Virus record (IMG/VR): IMGVR_UViG_3300045988_088152
Location: 23,432-87,431 of that record
DNA: 64,000 nucleotides
Direction: 5' to 3' (one strand)
Source: a virus
This document shows, one piece after another, positions 37,516 through 45,309 of the stretch. The position numbers and the translations under genes were made by a program. Every line of letters begins with the position of its first letter. Within the stretch, counting starts at the first letter, position 1. The notes under the pieces were generated by a model. That model was not told where the DNA came from. It searched no databases and worked only from the letters and a program-made list of their open reading frames with translations.

Positions 37516-38091
37516 ATGTATGTACTTTATAACCAAAAATACTATCTCATGCAGAATGCAATTAAGCAATTTGTTCCAACGCCCGAATTAAACGAGTCGT
37601 TTCAATTCATCGATAAAACCAAAGCCGAAAATGCGCTTGCTAATCTACCAAAGCAAATGCGCAATCTGGGTTATTTTGTGCAACAAATTGATGCACCATC
37701 TAAATCCGTCGATTTCGACCAGTTTACAAATGTAGAGCTAGTTGATTATGATTCAGCATTAGAGCAAATTGGCTCATTCTGCGATCTACACGACCATCTT
37801 GTAGCAAGAGCGCCATGGATAGATAATAAATTGACCGAGGTAGAGAATAAAATTCAAGACGTGCTTCATGCCATTGAATTTAATTCATATAATGCTAGAG
37901 ATGGATATAAGATATATAAGTTGCTACATGATTTACGGCTCGAACGGCGCAAATATAAAGATGAGCAAATTATAGCGGATGTGATGAAAAGTGGTTTTGC
38001 TGGTTCAAATTGGGAATTGGCTAGGACTAGAGTAGACGATTTGAAAGATAGACAATATCATGTTAGAGAAATGGAGGAGCTGTTTGAATGA
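37516..38091 (+). CDS. hypothetical protein
   Basis: ORF track. Confidence 0.55.
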   Translation: MYVLYNQKYYLMQNAIKQFVPTPELNESFQFIDKTKAENALANLPKQMRNLGYFVQQIDAPSKSVDFDQFTNVELVDYDSALEQIGSFCDLHDHLVARAPWIDNKLTEVENKIQDVLHAIEFNSYNARDGYKIYKLLHDLRLERRKYKDEQIIADVMKSGFAGSNWELARTRVDDLKDRQYHVREMEELFE

Positions 38092-38309
38092 GTAAGTATA
38101 GACCGGGAACTTTAGAGTATATTCGTTGGGAATGTAATTGGATGGTTGAGCATCTTACTTATAGGTCAAGTCATGCAATCGATGAGCTTGAAAGAGTTAG
38201 AGCGAAAATGGCACTTGAAGAATACAAAAAGATTGTATCGGCTTGTGATAAGCTAATTGGATTGAGAACAAACGATGGATTTATGGGATGCTATAGAGAT
38301 AACGAATAA
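38088..38309 (+). CDS. hypothetical protein
   Basis: ORF track. Confidence 0.5.
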   Translation: MSKYRPGTLEYIRWECNWMVEHLTYRSSHAIDELERVRAKMALEEYKKIVSACDKLIGLRTNDGFMGCYRDNE

Positions 38310-38322
38310 AGGAGCTACTTAA

Positions 38323-38745
38323 ATGATTGAAACAAGAATTTATAAATGTGAATATTGCGGCGCAGAATTTGATGATGAGTATGAGGCGCATTGCCATGAG
38401 TATGTGTGTCAGTATGAAGATGTAAAGAAGTATAAAGGAAGTTGTCTTGCCTTTTACAATGATGACGGTGAAAGAATCAAATTTAATGCACAGACTGTAT
38501 ATGATGAACTAGGTAATGTAGCTGCATTTACAGTTGGTAATGATGACGATGTAAAATTTATTATTGGATTGCTTGGTTGGGCTGGATATGATAATCCATT
38601 TAGACTTATTGAAGATGAGGCGAATCCAAACTACTATGGTCTGTGGTGGTTTGATGCTGATTTGCATTGTGGTGAATGGGTGCGAGTTGATGACCAGATT
38701 AAAAAGTGGACGGATATTAAAAATAAATTTGAAAAAGATACTTGA
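38323..38745 (+). CDS. hypothetical protein
   Basis: ORF track. Its stop TGA lies inside the next -35 hexamer. Confidence 0.55.
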   Translation: MIETRIYKCEYCGAEFDDEYEAHCHEYVCQYEDVKKYKGSCLAFYNDDGERIKFNAQTVYDELGNVAAFTVGNDDDVKFIIGLLGWAGYDNPFRLIEDEANPNYYGLWWFDADLHCGEWVRVDDQIKKWTDIKNKFEKDT

Positions 38746-38770
38746 CAAATTAAATTCTATATGGTATAAT
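38742..38770 (+). promoter_or_regulatory. sigma-A type promoter
   Basis: TTGACAAAT-N14-TGgTATAAT. Confidence 0.7.
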
Positions 38771-38801
38771 CCAATTATCAAATGAATGGAGGCAATAAGA
38801 T

Positions 38802-39143
38802 ATGGGGTTAGATATTAGAATTTATCAAATGAGGCCAGTTTGTTGTCCTCATTGTGGTGAATTGGTTACATATAAGGTGGTTGATGCCGTTGACGGCTCT
38901 GGTAGCGTATGGTACGAATTTCTTGCATCGGTTGGCTACTATAAGCCATATATAAAAGGGCAACAATATAATCAAGATATGTATGGTATGGACATGACGT
39001 TGACCAATGAACAGGTGAACGAGTTGTCTAAATTTGTGGATAAGACAGAGTTAAAGGACTGGTATTATATTACAGAGGTTAAAGACTTGATACAATCGGT
39101 TCGTATTGATGGCGATAAAATTGTAATCAATGCAGATTGGTGA
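38802..39143 (+). CDS. hypothetical protein
   Basis: ORF track. Confidence 0.55.
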   Translation: MGLDIRIYQMRPVCCPHCGELVTYKVVDAVDGSGSVWYEFLASVGYYKPYIKGQQYNQDMYGMDMTLTNEQVNELSKFVDKTELKDWYYITEVKDLIQSVRIDGDKIVINADW

Positions 39144-39159
39144 GGATGAGGATTAGCAT

Positions 39160-39315
39160 ATGCTTAACACCTATTTTAAAATTGGCGATTTCATTTGCCA
39201 TGTTGACTGCTATGATAGAGAAACTGGACTATGGGGATATAGATGTGATGAAATCCCAATTCTCAATGGTTGGGCTTGTGAAAAATTTATTGAAATGAAT
39301 AAAATTTGTTCTTGA
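39160..39315 (+). CDS. hypothetical 51-aa protein
   Basis: My own reading. Its stop TGA lies inside the next -35 hexamer. Confidence 0.4.
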   Translation: MLNTYFKIGDFICHVDCYDRETGLWGYRCDEIPILNGWACEKFIEMNKICS

Positions 39316-39340
39316 CAAATAGCTAATTGTGTGATATAAT
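39312..39340 (+). promoter_or_regulatory. sigma-A type promoter
   Basis: TTGACAAAT-N14-TGaTATAAT. Confidence 0.7.
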
Positions 39341-39371
39341 ATAATTACCAAATGAAAGGATAGTAAATATT

Positions 39372-39575
39372 ATGGACAAGAAATTGGTTAAGTTCATAGA
39401 AAGTGCATACGAGACGGCATTATTGTGTAACGACAAAACTGACGCAAAGTTTTATATGCATCAAAGTCTTGGAGCTTGCTGTTACGAATATGAGCGATCT
39501 GGGGATATGGATGCAATCAATATCTGGCGTGATGAATGGCGAGAAAAATTTGAAAAAATAATTCTTGACAAATAG
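39372..39575 (+). CDS. hypothetical protein
   Basis: ORF track. It ends ...ILDK-TAG, with its last codons forming the next -35. Confidence 0.55.
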   Translation: MDKKLVKFIESAYETALLCNDKTDAKFYMHQSLGACCYEYERSGDMDAINIWRDEWREKFEKIILDK

Positions 39576-39593
39576 TACCTCTTATGGTATAAT
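39565..39593 (+). promoter_or_regulatory. sigma-A type promoter driving the first tRNA-containing unit
   Basis: TTGACAAAT-N14-TGgTATAAT. Confidence 0.7.
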
Positions 39594-39694
39594 ACAGATG
39601 TGGTTGAGAGATTGGGCAACCTCAATTACAGTTCTTCATTGTGAACCTCCTAGAATATAGTCCTGAGCATGACGATAAAAGGCTCAGCAAAAAT

Positions 39695-39787
39695 GGCGGT
39701 GTCGGTTAATGGTAAGCCAGCTGGCCTATACCCAGTTTAGTCCTAGATTGGGGCAAAATCAGAGTTCGACCCTCTGCGCCGCTACCA
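39695..39787 (+). tRNA. class II (long variable arm) tRNA with atypical anticodon loop CCUAUAC (UAU if read canonically)
   Basis: Hand fold. Acceptor GGCGGTG/CGCCGCT. D arm GGTT-AATGGTA-AGCC. Anticodon arm GCTGG-CCTATAC-CCAGT. 23-nt variable arm with a GTCC/GGGC stem. T arm CAGAG-TTCGACC-CTCTG. ACCA is encoded. Confidence 0.65.
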
Positions 39788-40005
39788 AGGTGATCGCAGT
39801 TAAAGCAATTTCAGTTAACACCTAAACAAACAGTTGAAATTGCGGGTTATGATTGTATGAGCCAAAAATCAATTCGTTCAGAAATCAATCGTTAACTGAC
39901 CACAATTCACCTATGAGTGTATAAAGTAGGGACCAAATTTTAAGGAAACCGTTTATAAGGCACTAGATAGTAATAAACGGAACCAATTATCAATGAGGTG
40001 ATAAT

Positions 40006-40344
40006 ATGCGACTGTATTTTGATATTGATGACAACTGGTACGAAGGATATGATTCCTATGATTTTAAGCAAGACGTTAGAAATGGCATAGTGAAATCAAT
40101 AACAAAAAATCTATTAACAGAAGGCAAATATAGCTTAACAGAAGAAGAAGCGCGTCAGATTGTTGAAGAAAACAAAGCTGAGATTATCGATAAGGTTGTA
40201 CAGAAGGTGAGCGACGTAATTCTCAAGAAGCAAGAAATCAAATCGCTTGCGCCATCTTTTTCAGAGTTGAAAAATGCAGATGCTCAAGTGGTAAAGTATT
40301 TTGAAGAAATGGTCGATAAGGCGATTGCCAAGAGGTTTAAGTAA
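40006..40344 (+). CDS. hypothetical protein
   Basis: ORF track. Confidence 0.55.
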   Translation: MRLYFDIDDNWYEGYDSYDFKQDVRNGIVKSITKNLLTEGKYSLTEEEARQIVEENKAEIIDKVVQKVSDVILKKQEIKSLAPSFSELKNADAQVVKYFEEMVDKAIAKRFK

Positions 40345-40345
40345 T

Positions 40346-40588
40346 ATGGAAAAATCTCCACTAAGAGCCATAAGACAACACTGCTTGGAATGTAGCTGCG
40401 GTTCAGCTTATGAAGTAAAGAATTGTGTTATCCATGATTGTAATCTATATCCGTTTCGCCTAGGCAACAATCCGTTTCGTACCCGCTCAATGACCGATGA
40501 ACAGAAACAAGCTGCGACAGAACGGCTCAAATCAGCTCGTTTGGCAAAGAAATCATTGATTAATAATGAAAAAATTCAGATTAGTTGA
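40346..40588 (+). CDS. hypothetical Cys-rich small protein
   Basis: ORF track frame; the product starts MEKSPLRAIRQHCLECSCGS...C..HDC. Confidence 0.55.
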   Translation: MEKSPLRAIRQHCLECSCGSAYEVKNCVIHDCNLYPFRLGNNPFRTRSMTDEQKQAATERLKSARLAKKSLINNEKIQIS

Positions 40589-40662
40589 TTAGGGATAGTA
40601 AGTTGTAGGGTTAAATGTTTAGGAAAATTTATTGATTATTAGTGTATGAATAAGGAGAATAT

Positions 40663-40992
40663 ATGAAAGTAGTAGTAGGAAATCGTGGTTCAGGTGTAAC
40701 GACTAATATGTTACTAGATGCGGCAATTCATGATGGCACAATTATTACATCAACGTTGGGACAGCGATTCAATATTGAGGCTAACGCTAAGAGACTTTGG
40801 ATTGATTGCCCAGAGGTTATTGATATACATAGTGTACTCAACGACATTAAGACTGGAAATATTGAAAAATACGATAATGCTCAGTTGTATATCGACAATG
40901 CAGGTCTGGTGCTAAATAGATTATTGAGCGAAATTGGCATCAAAGGTAAGGTTGTTGAAATCGGCTTGAGTATGGATGGAATTGATAATTGA
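40663..40992 (+). CDS. hypothetical protein
   Basis: ORF track. Confidence 0.5.
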   Translation: MKVVVGNRGSGVTTNMLLDAAIHDGTIITSTLGQRFNIEANAKRLWIDCPEVIDIHSVLNDIKTGNIEKYDNAQLYIDNAGLVLNRLLSEIGIKGKVVEIGLSMDGIDN

Positions 40993-41120
40993 TGATTATT
41001 CTATTATCTTGTCTAGGCTCATTTGCGGCTGGCATTGCAGTCGGGATGCTGATTGTGTATTTATACTGGCGTAGAGTAGAAAGAGAACTCAACGAAGCTA
41101 TTGAAAAAAACATTAAATAA
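40992..41120 (+). CDS. 42-aa single-pass membrane peptide
   Basis: My own reading: MMIILLSCLGSFAAGIAVGMLIVYLYWRR... Confidence 0.35.
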   Translation: MIILLSCLGSFAAGIAVGMLIVYLYWRRVERELNEAIEKNIK

Positions 41121-41134
41121 ATGCAATTTAACGC

Positions 41135-41163
41135 TTGACAAATAAAATCAAGTATGGTATAAT
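41135..41163 (+). promoter_or_regulatory. sigma-A type promoter driving the long noncoding unit
   Basis: TTGACAAAT-N14-TGgTATAAT. Confidence 0.7.
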
Positions 41164-41677
41164 TGAGAATGTAAAGATGATGGTGCTGTATGAACGGATG
41201 TTCCATACTACAGTGATTGCATATGAGTAGGTTACAGCTAAGTGGAGTTTGAGGAACAGCCATCATTATATAGGGAACGTGCGTAAGATAAATGAGATAA
41301 GCATGAATGGCATTCTTAAAGGAGCGACTGTGAGCGCCGAATGCTGAGTAATGCCAAGTAGGGCACACTGGTCAATCTGTTCGGCATAATAAAAGGGATT
41401 GGGATTGACAAATATAAAATGACACATCGGAAAGACGATGATAATATCCGACAAGATTTGAAGATAACCGTCAAATCTATATCACATCTCACTGGCATAG
41501 AGACAGGGTAGAGTTTGAGACATCACCTGATAACGAGTAGACATTTGCCGTAGCTGGCAATAGTGTTCCATTGGCACAAAGACACAATGGTAAATGTGAT
41601 ATAAGGGCAAAATGACAGCATTCACAAGCTGATGCTAGAAATAGCTATGAGGTAGGAAGTCGGCTTGAGATAAATAT

Positions 41678-41754
41678 GGCTCAGTACCCCAATCGGCAGA
41701 GGGAGCGGATTCAAAATCCGTAAAGTGTGGATTCGAATTCCACCTGAGCTACCA
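41678..41754 (+). tRNA. class I tRNA, anticodon CAA by canonical reading
   Basis: Hand fold. Acceptor GGCTCAG/CTGAGCT. Anticodon arm GCGGA-TTCAAAA-TCCGT. 5-nt variable loop. T arm GTGGA-TTCGAAT-TCCAC. ACCA is encoded. Confidence 0.65.
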
Positions 41755-41953
41755 AAGTCCACTGCTTGTTGGATGCATACGACTTGTTAAACTGAATAGG
41801 AATCCAATGCTTCTAATGGGTTGATGCTTAAAGCCCATTACCAGTAGTTATGGTTTGTTGACCATTGTTTGGATTACTAGCCAATCGATGCCTAGGGTCG
41901 ATAAAAACAAATCAATGGCGGTTCCGGTAGGTTGAGCCTAAAGCCTACTATCT

Positions 41954-42023
41954 GGAAGCGTAGCTCAGGTGATAGAGTGGCGGCAATGCCGTTGTGTCGT
42001 TGGTTTGAATCCAACCGCTTCCA
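41954..42023 (+). ncRNA. tRNA-like element with a truncated anticodon loop
   Basis: Perfect acceptor GGAAGCG/CGCTTCC. D arm GCTC-AGGTGATA-GAGT. T arm GTTGG-TTTGAAT-CCAAC. The anticodon arm is GCGGC-AAT-GCCGT, a 3-nt loop. No CCA is encoded. Confidence 0.5.
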
Positions 42024-42395
42024 TTTGGGTTTAGAATTACACGCAGCTATGCTCAGCATTGTAACTGTCCCAGATGTAAACCTAAGAAAATCTTAAAATC
42101 CTTAGATTTGTAAGGTTGAGATAATGATTTGGTCACATGAATCTCAATCTAGTTTATAGGTTGTAATGCTAGTTGCTGAATAGCTGATGGTTGACCACCT
42201 GATGCTATGAGGCAACGCCTTAATTCCTTGATGATACTAGTTAAATCAAGGTTGACTGGATTCAAATAAGTAATCACAAAGAGTGAGCGGCGGCAGACTC
42301 ATAGCGCGGTGAATGCCTATTCCGCGCAAAACAATATAGGGCTTGGGTAAGAGGACCCTGTAAGTAGTTGATAGTGGAACAATAACCCTATATAT

Positions 42396-42432
42396 CAAGT
42401 CAATATGCGCATGAACATTGCGACTTGTTTTA
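42396..42432 (+). terminator. intrinsic terminator ending the noncoding unit
   Basis: CAAGTC...GACTTG stem with an inner CGCA/TGCG stem, followed by TTTTAAT. Confidence 0.55.
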
Positions 42433-42474
42433 ATAAAATTTTATTAGAAATTGAAAGGAAATTAAAAGGAATTT

Positions 42475-42750
42475 ATGACCAAGAAGGAACTAATCAAGTT
42501 TGTAGCAGACAGCACAGAGAATACGGTCAAGGATACTACTGAGATTGTAGACACATTCATTGACTATATCAGACATAGCCTAGTCCAGCATGAAGATGTA
42601 GTGATTCATGGTTTTGGCAAGTTTGCGACCAAGATGCGTGACTCTCGTACTGCTCGCAATCCACAGACTGGTGAAACCATTGAAGTTCCTGCCAAATATG
42701 CTTTGGTGTTCAAGACAGCAAGCACACTAAAGGCAGAAATCAATGAGTAA
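42475..42750 (+). CDS. hup: HU-family DNA-binding protein
   Basis: HGFGKFATKMRDSRTARNPQTGETIEVPA is the canonical HU arm. Confidence 0.9.
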   Translation: MTKKELIKFVADSTENTVKDTTEIVDTFIDYIRHSLVQHEDVVIHGFGKFATKMRDSRTARNPQTGETIEVPAKYALVFKTASTLKAEINE

Positions 42751-42764
42751 ATAATCCTCCTATT

Positions 42765-42798
42765 AATCCCTATGGTCGAAAGATTATAGGGATTTTTC
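42765..42798 (+). terminator. intrinsic terminator after the HU gene
   Basis: AATCCCTAT ... ATAGGGATT stem followed by TTTT. Confidence 0.7.
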
Positions 42799-42809
42799 TA
42801 AAAGAACCC

Positions 42810-42838
42810 TTGACAAATCGCCGCTATGGTGCTATACT
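42810..42838 (+). promoter_or_regulatory. sigma-A type promoter (TTGACA-N17-TGcTATACT)
   Basis: Upstream of the recombinase gene. Confidence 0.65.
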
Positions 42839-42867
42839 TAAATCATCAAATAAAGGAGCGGAACATT

Positions 42868-43704
42868 ATGAATGAACTGTTTGTTATGAGTCTCAAGGCA
42901 AAGCATCGTAGCGAAGGTACTATTCGTGAATATACCAAGGCGATTGAGAATTGCTTGGATTATGTCAACAAACCAGAAGCCGAAATCAAGCCGATTGACC
43001 TTGAATTATGGCAGTCCAGCATGAGCAATCTTAGCTCTGCATCTGTTGCTCAGAGAACATCTGCGGTTCGTGAATATTTCAAGTTCCTTTATAGGAATGA
43101 GTTCATTAACCGCAATCCAGCTGAGATGCTTGAAGCACCACAGATTAAGAATCGTGAGCAGTCGGCTCTTAATGGCGAACAGGTCAGAGCAATGGTCAAT
43201 GCTGCAACCAATGAGCGTAATAAGGCGATTATCATGATGCTTGCTCAAACCGGCTTGCGTATCCATGAACTTGCCAATATCACGCTCGAACAGTATGAAT
43301 CCCGTAGCAATAATGTACTGGTCATCCGTGGTAAGGGAGACAAGGATAGACTCGTTGGCTTGGCTGACGAGACGATTGAGTTGATTGATAGCTATATTGC
43401 CAATGAGCGCAAAGATGGTTGTGAATATCTGTTTGTTGGCAACAGAGGAAATAAAATGGACGGTAAGAATACCAGTGCAATGCTCAAGGTATGTGCTAGA
43501 AAATCTGGTATTGAGAATTGGGAGGAATTGCATATCAGCAATCATACGATGCGCCGCACATTTGCTACTATGATGTCTGAGGCTGATGTACCTATTGAGG
43601 TAATTAGCAAGGCAATGGGGCATAGCGGAATCCAGATTACATCTAGGTATGTTAAACGCACTGAGCAGAGAGCTGTCAACGCAATGAGCGTTGTTAATTT
43701 TTAA
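42868..43704 (+). CDS. tyrosine recombinase (XerC/D / phage integrase family)
   Basis: TGLRIHEL...GKGDKDR...HTMRRTFAT...GHSGIQITSRY contains the R, HxxR and Y catalytic pattern. Confidence 0.85.
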   Translation: MNELFVMSLKAKHRSEGTIREYTKAIENCLDYVNKPEAEIKPIDLELWQSSMSNLSSASVAQRTSAVREYFKFLYRNEFINRNPAEMLEAPQIKNREQSALNGEQVRAMVNAATNERNKAIIMMLAQTGLRIHELANITLEQYESRSNNVLVIRGKGDKDRLVGLADETIELIDSYIANERKDGCEYLFVGNRGNKMDGKNTSAMLKVCARKSGIENWEELHISNHTMRRTFATMMSEADVPIEVISKAMGHSGIQITSRYVKRTEQRAVNAMSVVNF

Positions 43705-43724
43705 TTGAGGAGGATAAAATAATA

Positions 43725-44279
43725 ATGTGGGACGATGTATTCAATAGTCTATACGAAGAAATTATGAAGGAAAGGAAAAAGAAAGATATGAAGCTAGAAT
43801 ACAAATTCTATGAAAAGAATCTAGCTCCTAAGTGGCTAGAGGGTGATTATGATTTGCATATTGAGGGCAATCGCATGACGATGACGAGTAAGGATAGTAA
43901 GAAGGTCGAGACTCGTTGTCATCCTGACGATGATTGGCGGCTACAGGTTGGAATTGATGAGCTGAAGGAAAGAATGTCTGAAGTAAAGAAGCCAAGAGCA
44001 ATTAAGGTTGGAGATATTGTAACAACAAAAACTCAAGAAAAATATAGTTCTATGGAGGCTAAGAGCTTCTTTGAAGAAAATAGTATTCCAGTAGAATATA
44101 TTATCCGTGTTGTTCAGGCAAATACTTCTATGACATTTCCAACACCAGATGATAAATACAGAGTATTATATATCGGTTATTTATCTGGTAAGAATAGTAA
44201 GAAATGTGCGCTAATTGAAAGCAACCTGACCAGTTATCTATATGTCGTAAATTATACAAATTTGGAGCTAGTAGAATGA
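43725..44279 (+). CDS. hypothetical protein
   Basis: ORF track. Confidence 0.55.
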   Translation: MWDDVFNSLYEEIMKERKKKDMKLEYKFYEKNLAPKWLEGDYDLHIEGNRMTMTSKDSKKVETRCHPDDDWRLQVGIDELKERMSEVKKPRAIKVGDIVTTKTQEKYSSMEAKSFFEENSIPVEYIIRVVQANTSMTFPTPDDKYRVLYIGYLSGKNSKKCALIESNLTSYLYVVNYTNLELVE

Positions 44280-44575
44280 CCGATATGCACAATGAAGTCG
44301 TAGATGCTGTTGTAGAGCATTATAAAGGCGCTGACGAGGACATTGCGGCTGATTGTCTAGTATATCTATCTAGCTTAAAATGTCTACCGCTTGCTGTTTA
44401 TGCTCAAGTTCAGCTAGACGCTATGGGGAGATGCGACGTTTGTGGTTGTAAGCTAGAGAGATATATACATAGAGAGTTGCATACTGAGCTAGATGAGCCA
44501 TGTTATGAAACGCTAACAAATGTCTATTGTCCAAATTGTGATATTCCATATAGGGAGGGAACATATGTCGGATAA
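44276..44575 (+). CDS. hypothetical Cys-rich protein
   Basis: ORF track; CDVCGC...CPNC. Confidence 0.55.
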   Translation: MTDMHNEVVDAVVEHYKGADEDIAADCLVYLSSLKCLPLAVYAQVQLDAMGRCDVCGCKLERYIHRELHTELDEPCYETLTNVYCPNCDIPYREGTYVG

Positions 44576-44774
44576 TGAATTGCATGATGTACTGAAAGCC
44601 GAACTTGAGCCTAAATTCCAGAGCTATTTTAATCAAGGTTTAATGACAGGTTGGGATGCTTGCATCTATGAGATTGATAAGCTGACAAGCGGCTTAACAT
44701 CTGCTAAAACAATTAGAGAGGTTATTAAGAGCAAGGTAACAGAAGCCAATACAAGAGGTAAAAAGAATGGATGA
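44565..44774 (+). CDS. hypothetical protein
   Basis: ORF track frame; ATG after GGGAGGGAA. Confidence 0.5.
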   Translation: MSDNELHDVLKAELEPKFQSYFNQGLMTGWDACIYEIDKLTSGLTSAKTIREVIKSKVTEANTRGKKNG

Positions 44775-44846
44775 TGTGTGGCGGTTGGTTGTATGTATGT
44801 TGCTATGGTTCTGTTTAATGCTATATGAAATCAAGAAAGGCAATGT

Positions 44847-45116
44847 ATGAAAGACAAGAATAATCTATTGCCATTATGGATTGCTGGCGGCTCGATATTG
44901 TTTGTATCAGCCGCTATGCCGCTTATTGATTCTGTGGTCGCATGGATTTCATCTGCTATCAATGCGCATATCAATCGTATGCAGATTGATTTAGAGCTTG
45001 ACCAGAGAGAGGCGCAAGCTGCTGCTGAGACGATTAAACCAAGTCCACAGATGACGCAAGCTATTGGATTTGATGTAAGCTCAGAGCCTGAATATGAGGA
45101 TGATGATTATGAGTAA
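44847..45116 (+). CDS. hypothetical membrane-anchored protein
   Basis: ORF track; hydrophobic N-terminus. Confidence 0.5.
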   Translation: MKDKNNLLPLWIAGGSILFVSAAMPLIDSVVAWISSAINAHINRMQIDLELDQREAQAAAETIKPSPQMTQAIGFDVSSEPEYEDDDYE

Positions 45117-45309
45117 GCGCCCGTCCCACATTTACGAAATCCCCTGTAACCGTTGTGATTATCAATCTGATTGTGACCGATATGTGAAAATCGACCCACG
45201 CATGACAGCACAGCGTGATAAAATGTGGAATGATGCTGATTTGAATTGTATGGATTGTGTGCTGAGAAATGTGCTAAAGATGAGGAAGGATGGTGCTAAT
45301 GCCAGCTAA
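45109..45309 (+). CDS. hypothetical Cys-rich protein
   Basis: ORF track frame. Confidence 0.5.
   Translation: MSKRPSHIYEIPCNRCDYQSDCDRYVKIDPRMTAQRDKMWNDADLNCMDCVLRNVLKMRKDGANAS

Larger units (their letters stand above)
41170..42432 (+). ncRNA. ~1.26 kb structured noncoding transcription unit containing a tRNA and a tRNA-like module
   Basis: No credible ORF lies between a consensus promoter and a terminator. Helices are dense, for example AGATTTGA/TCAAATCT, CCATTG/CAATGG, GCGCGG/CCGCGC and TATAGGG/CCCTATA. Confidence 0.6.

Noticed and set aside
40940-41498. Minus-strand ORFs 40940..41368, 41266..41454 and 41316..41498.
   Set aside because: They overlap one another and run antisense to a promoter-to-terminator unit. 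Their composition is Cys/His/Leu-rich and they lack an RBS. They are artefacts of the structured RNA region.
41678-41754. Reading the second tRNA as an opal suppressor (UCA) or the first as an amber suppressor (CUA).
   Set aside because: Both triplets occur in the anticodon loops, but one position 5' of the canonical 34-36 register. Shifting the stems to accommodate them breaks the base pairing. They are left as an open question for software folding rather than a call.
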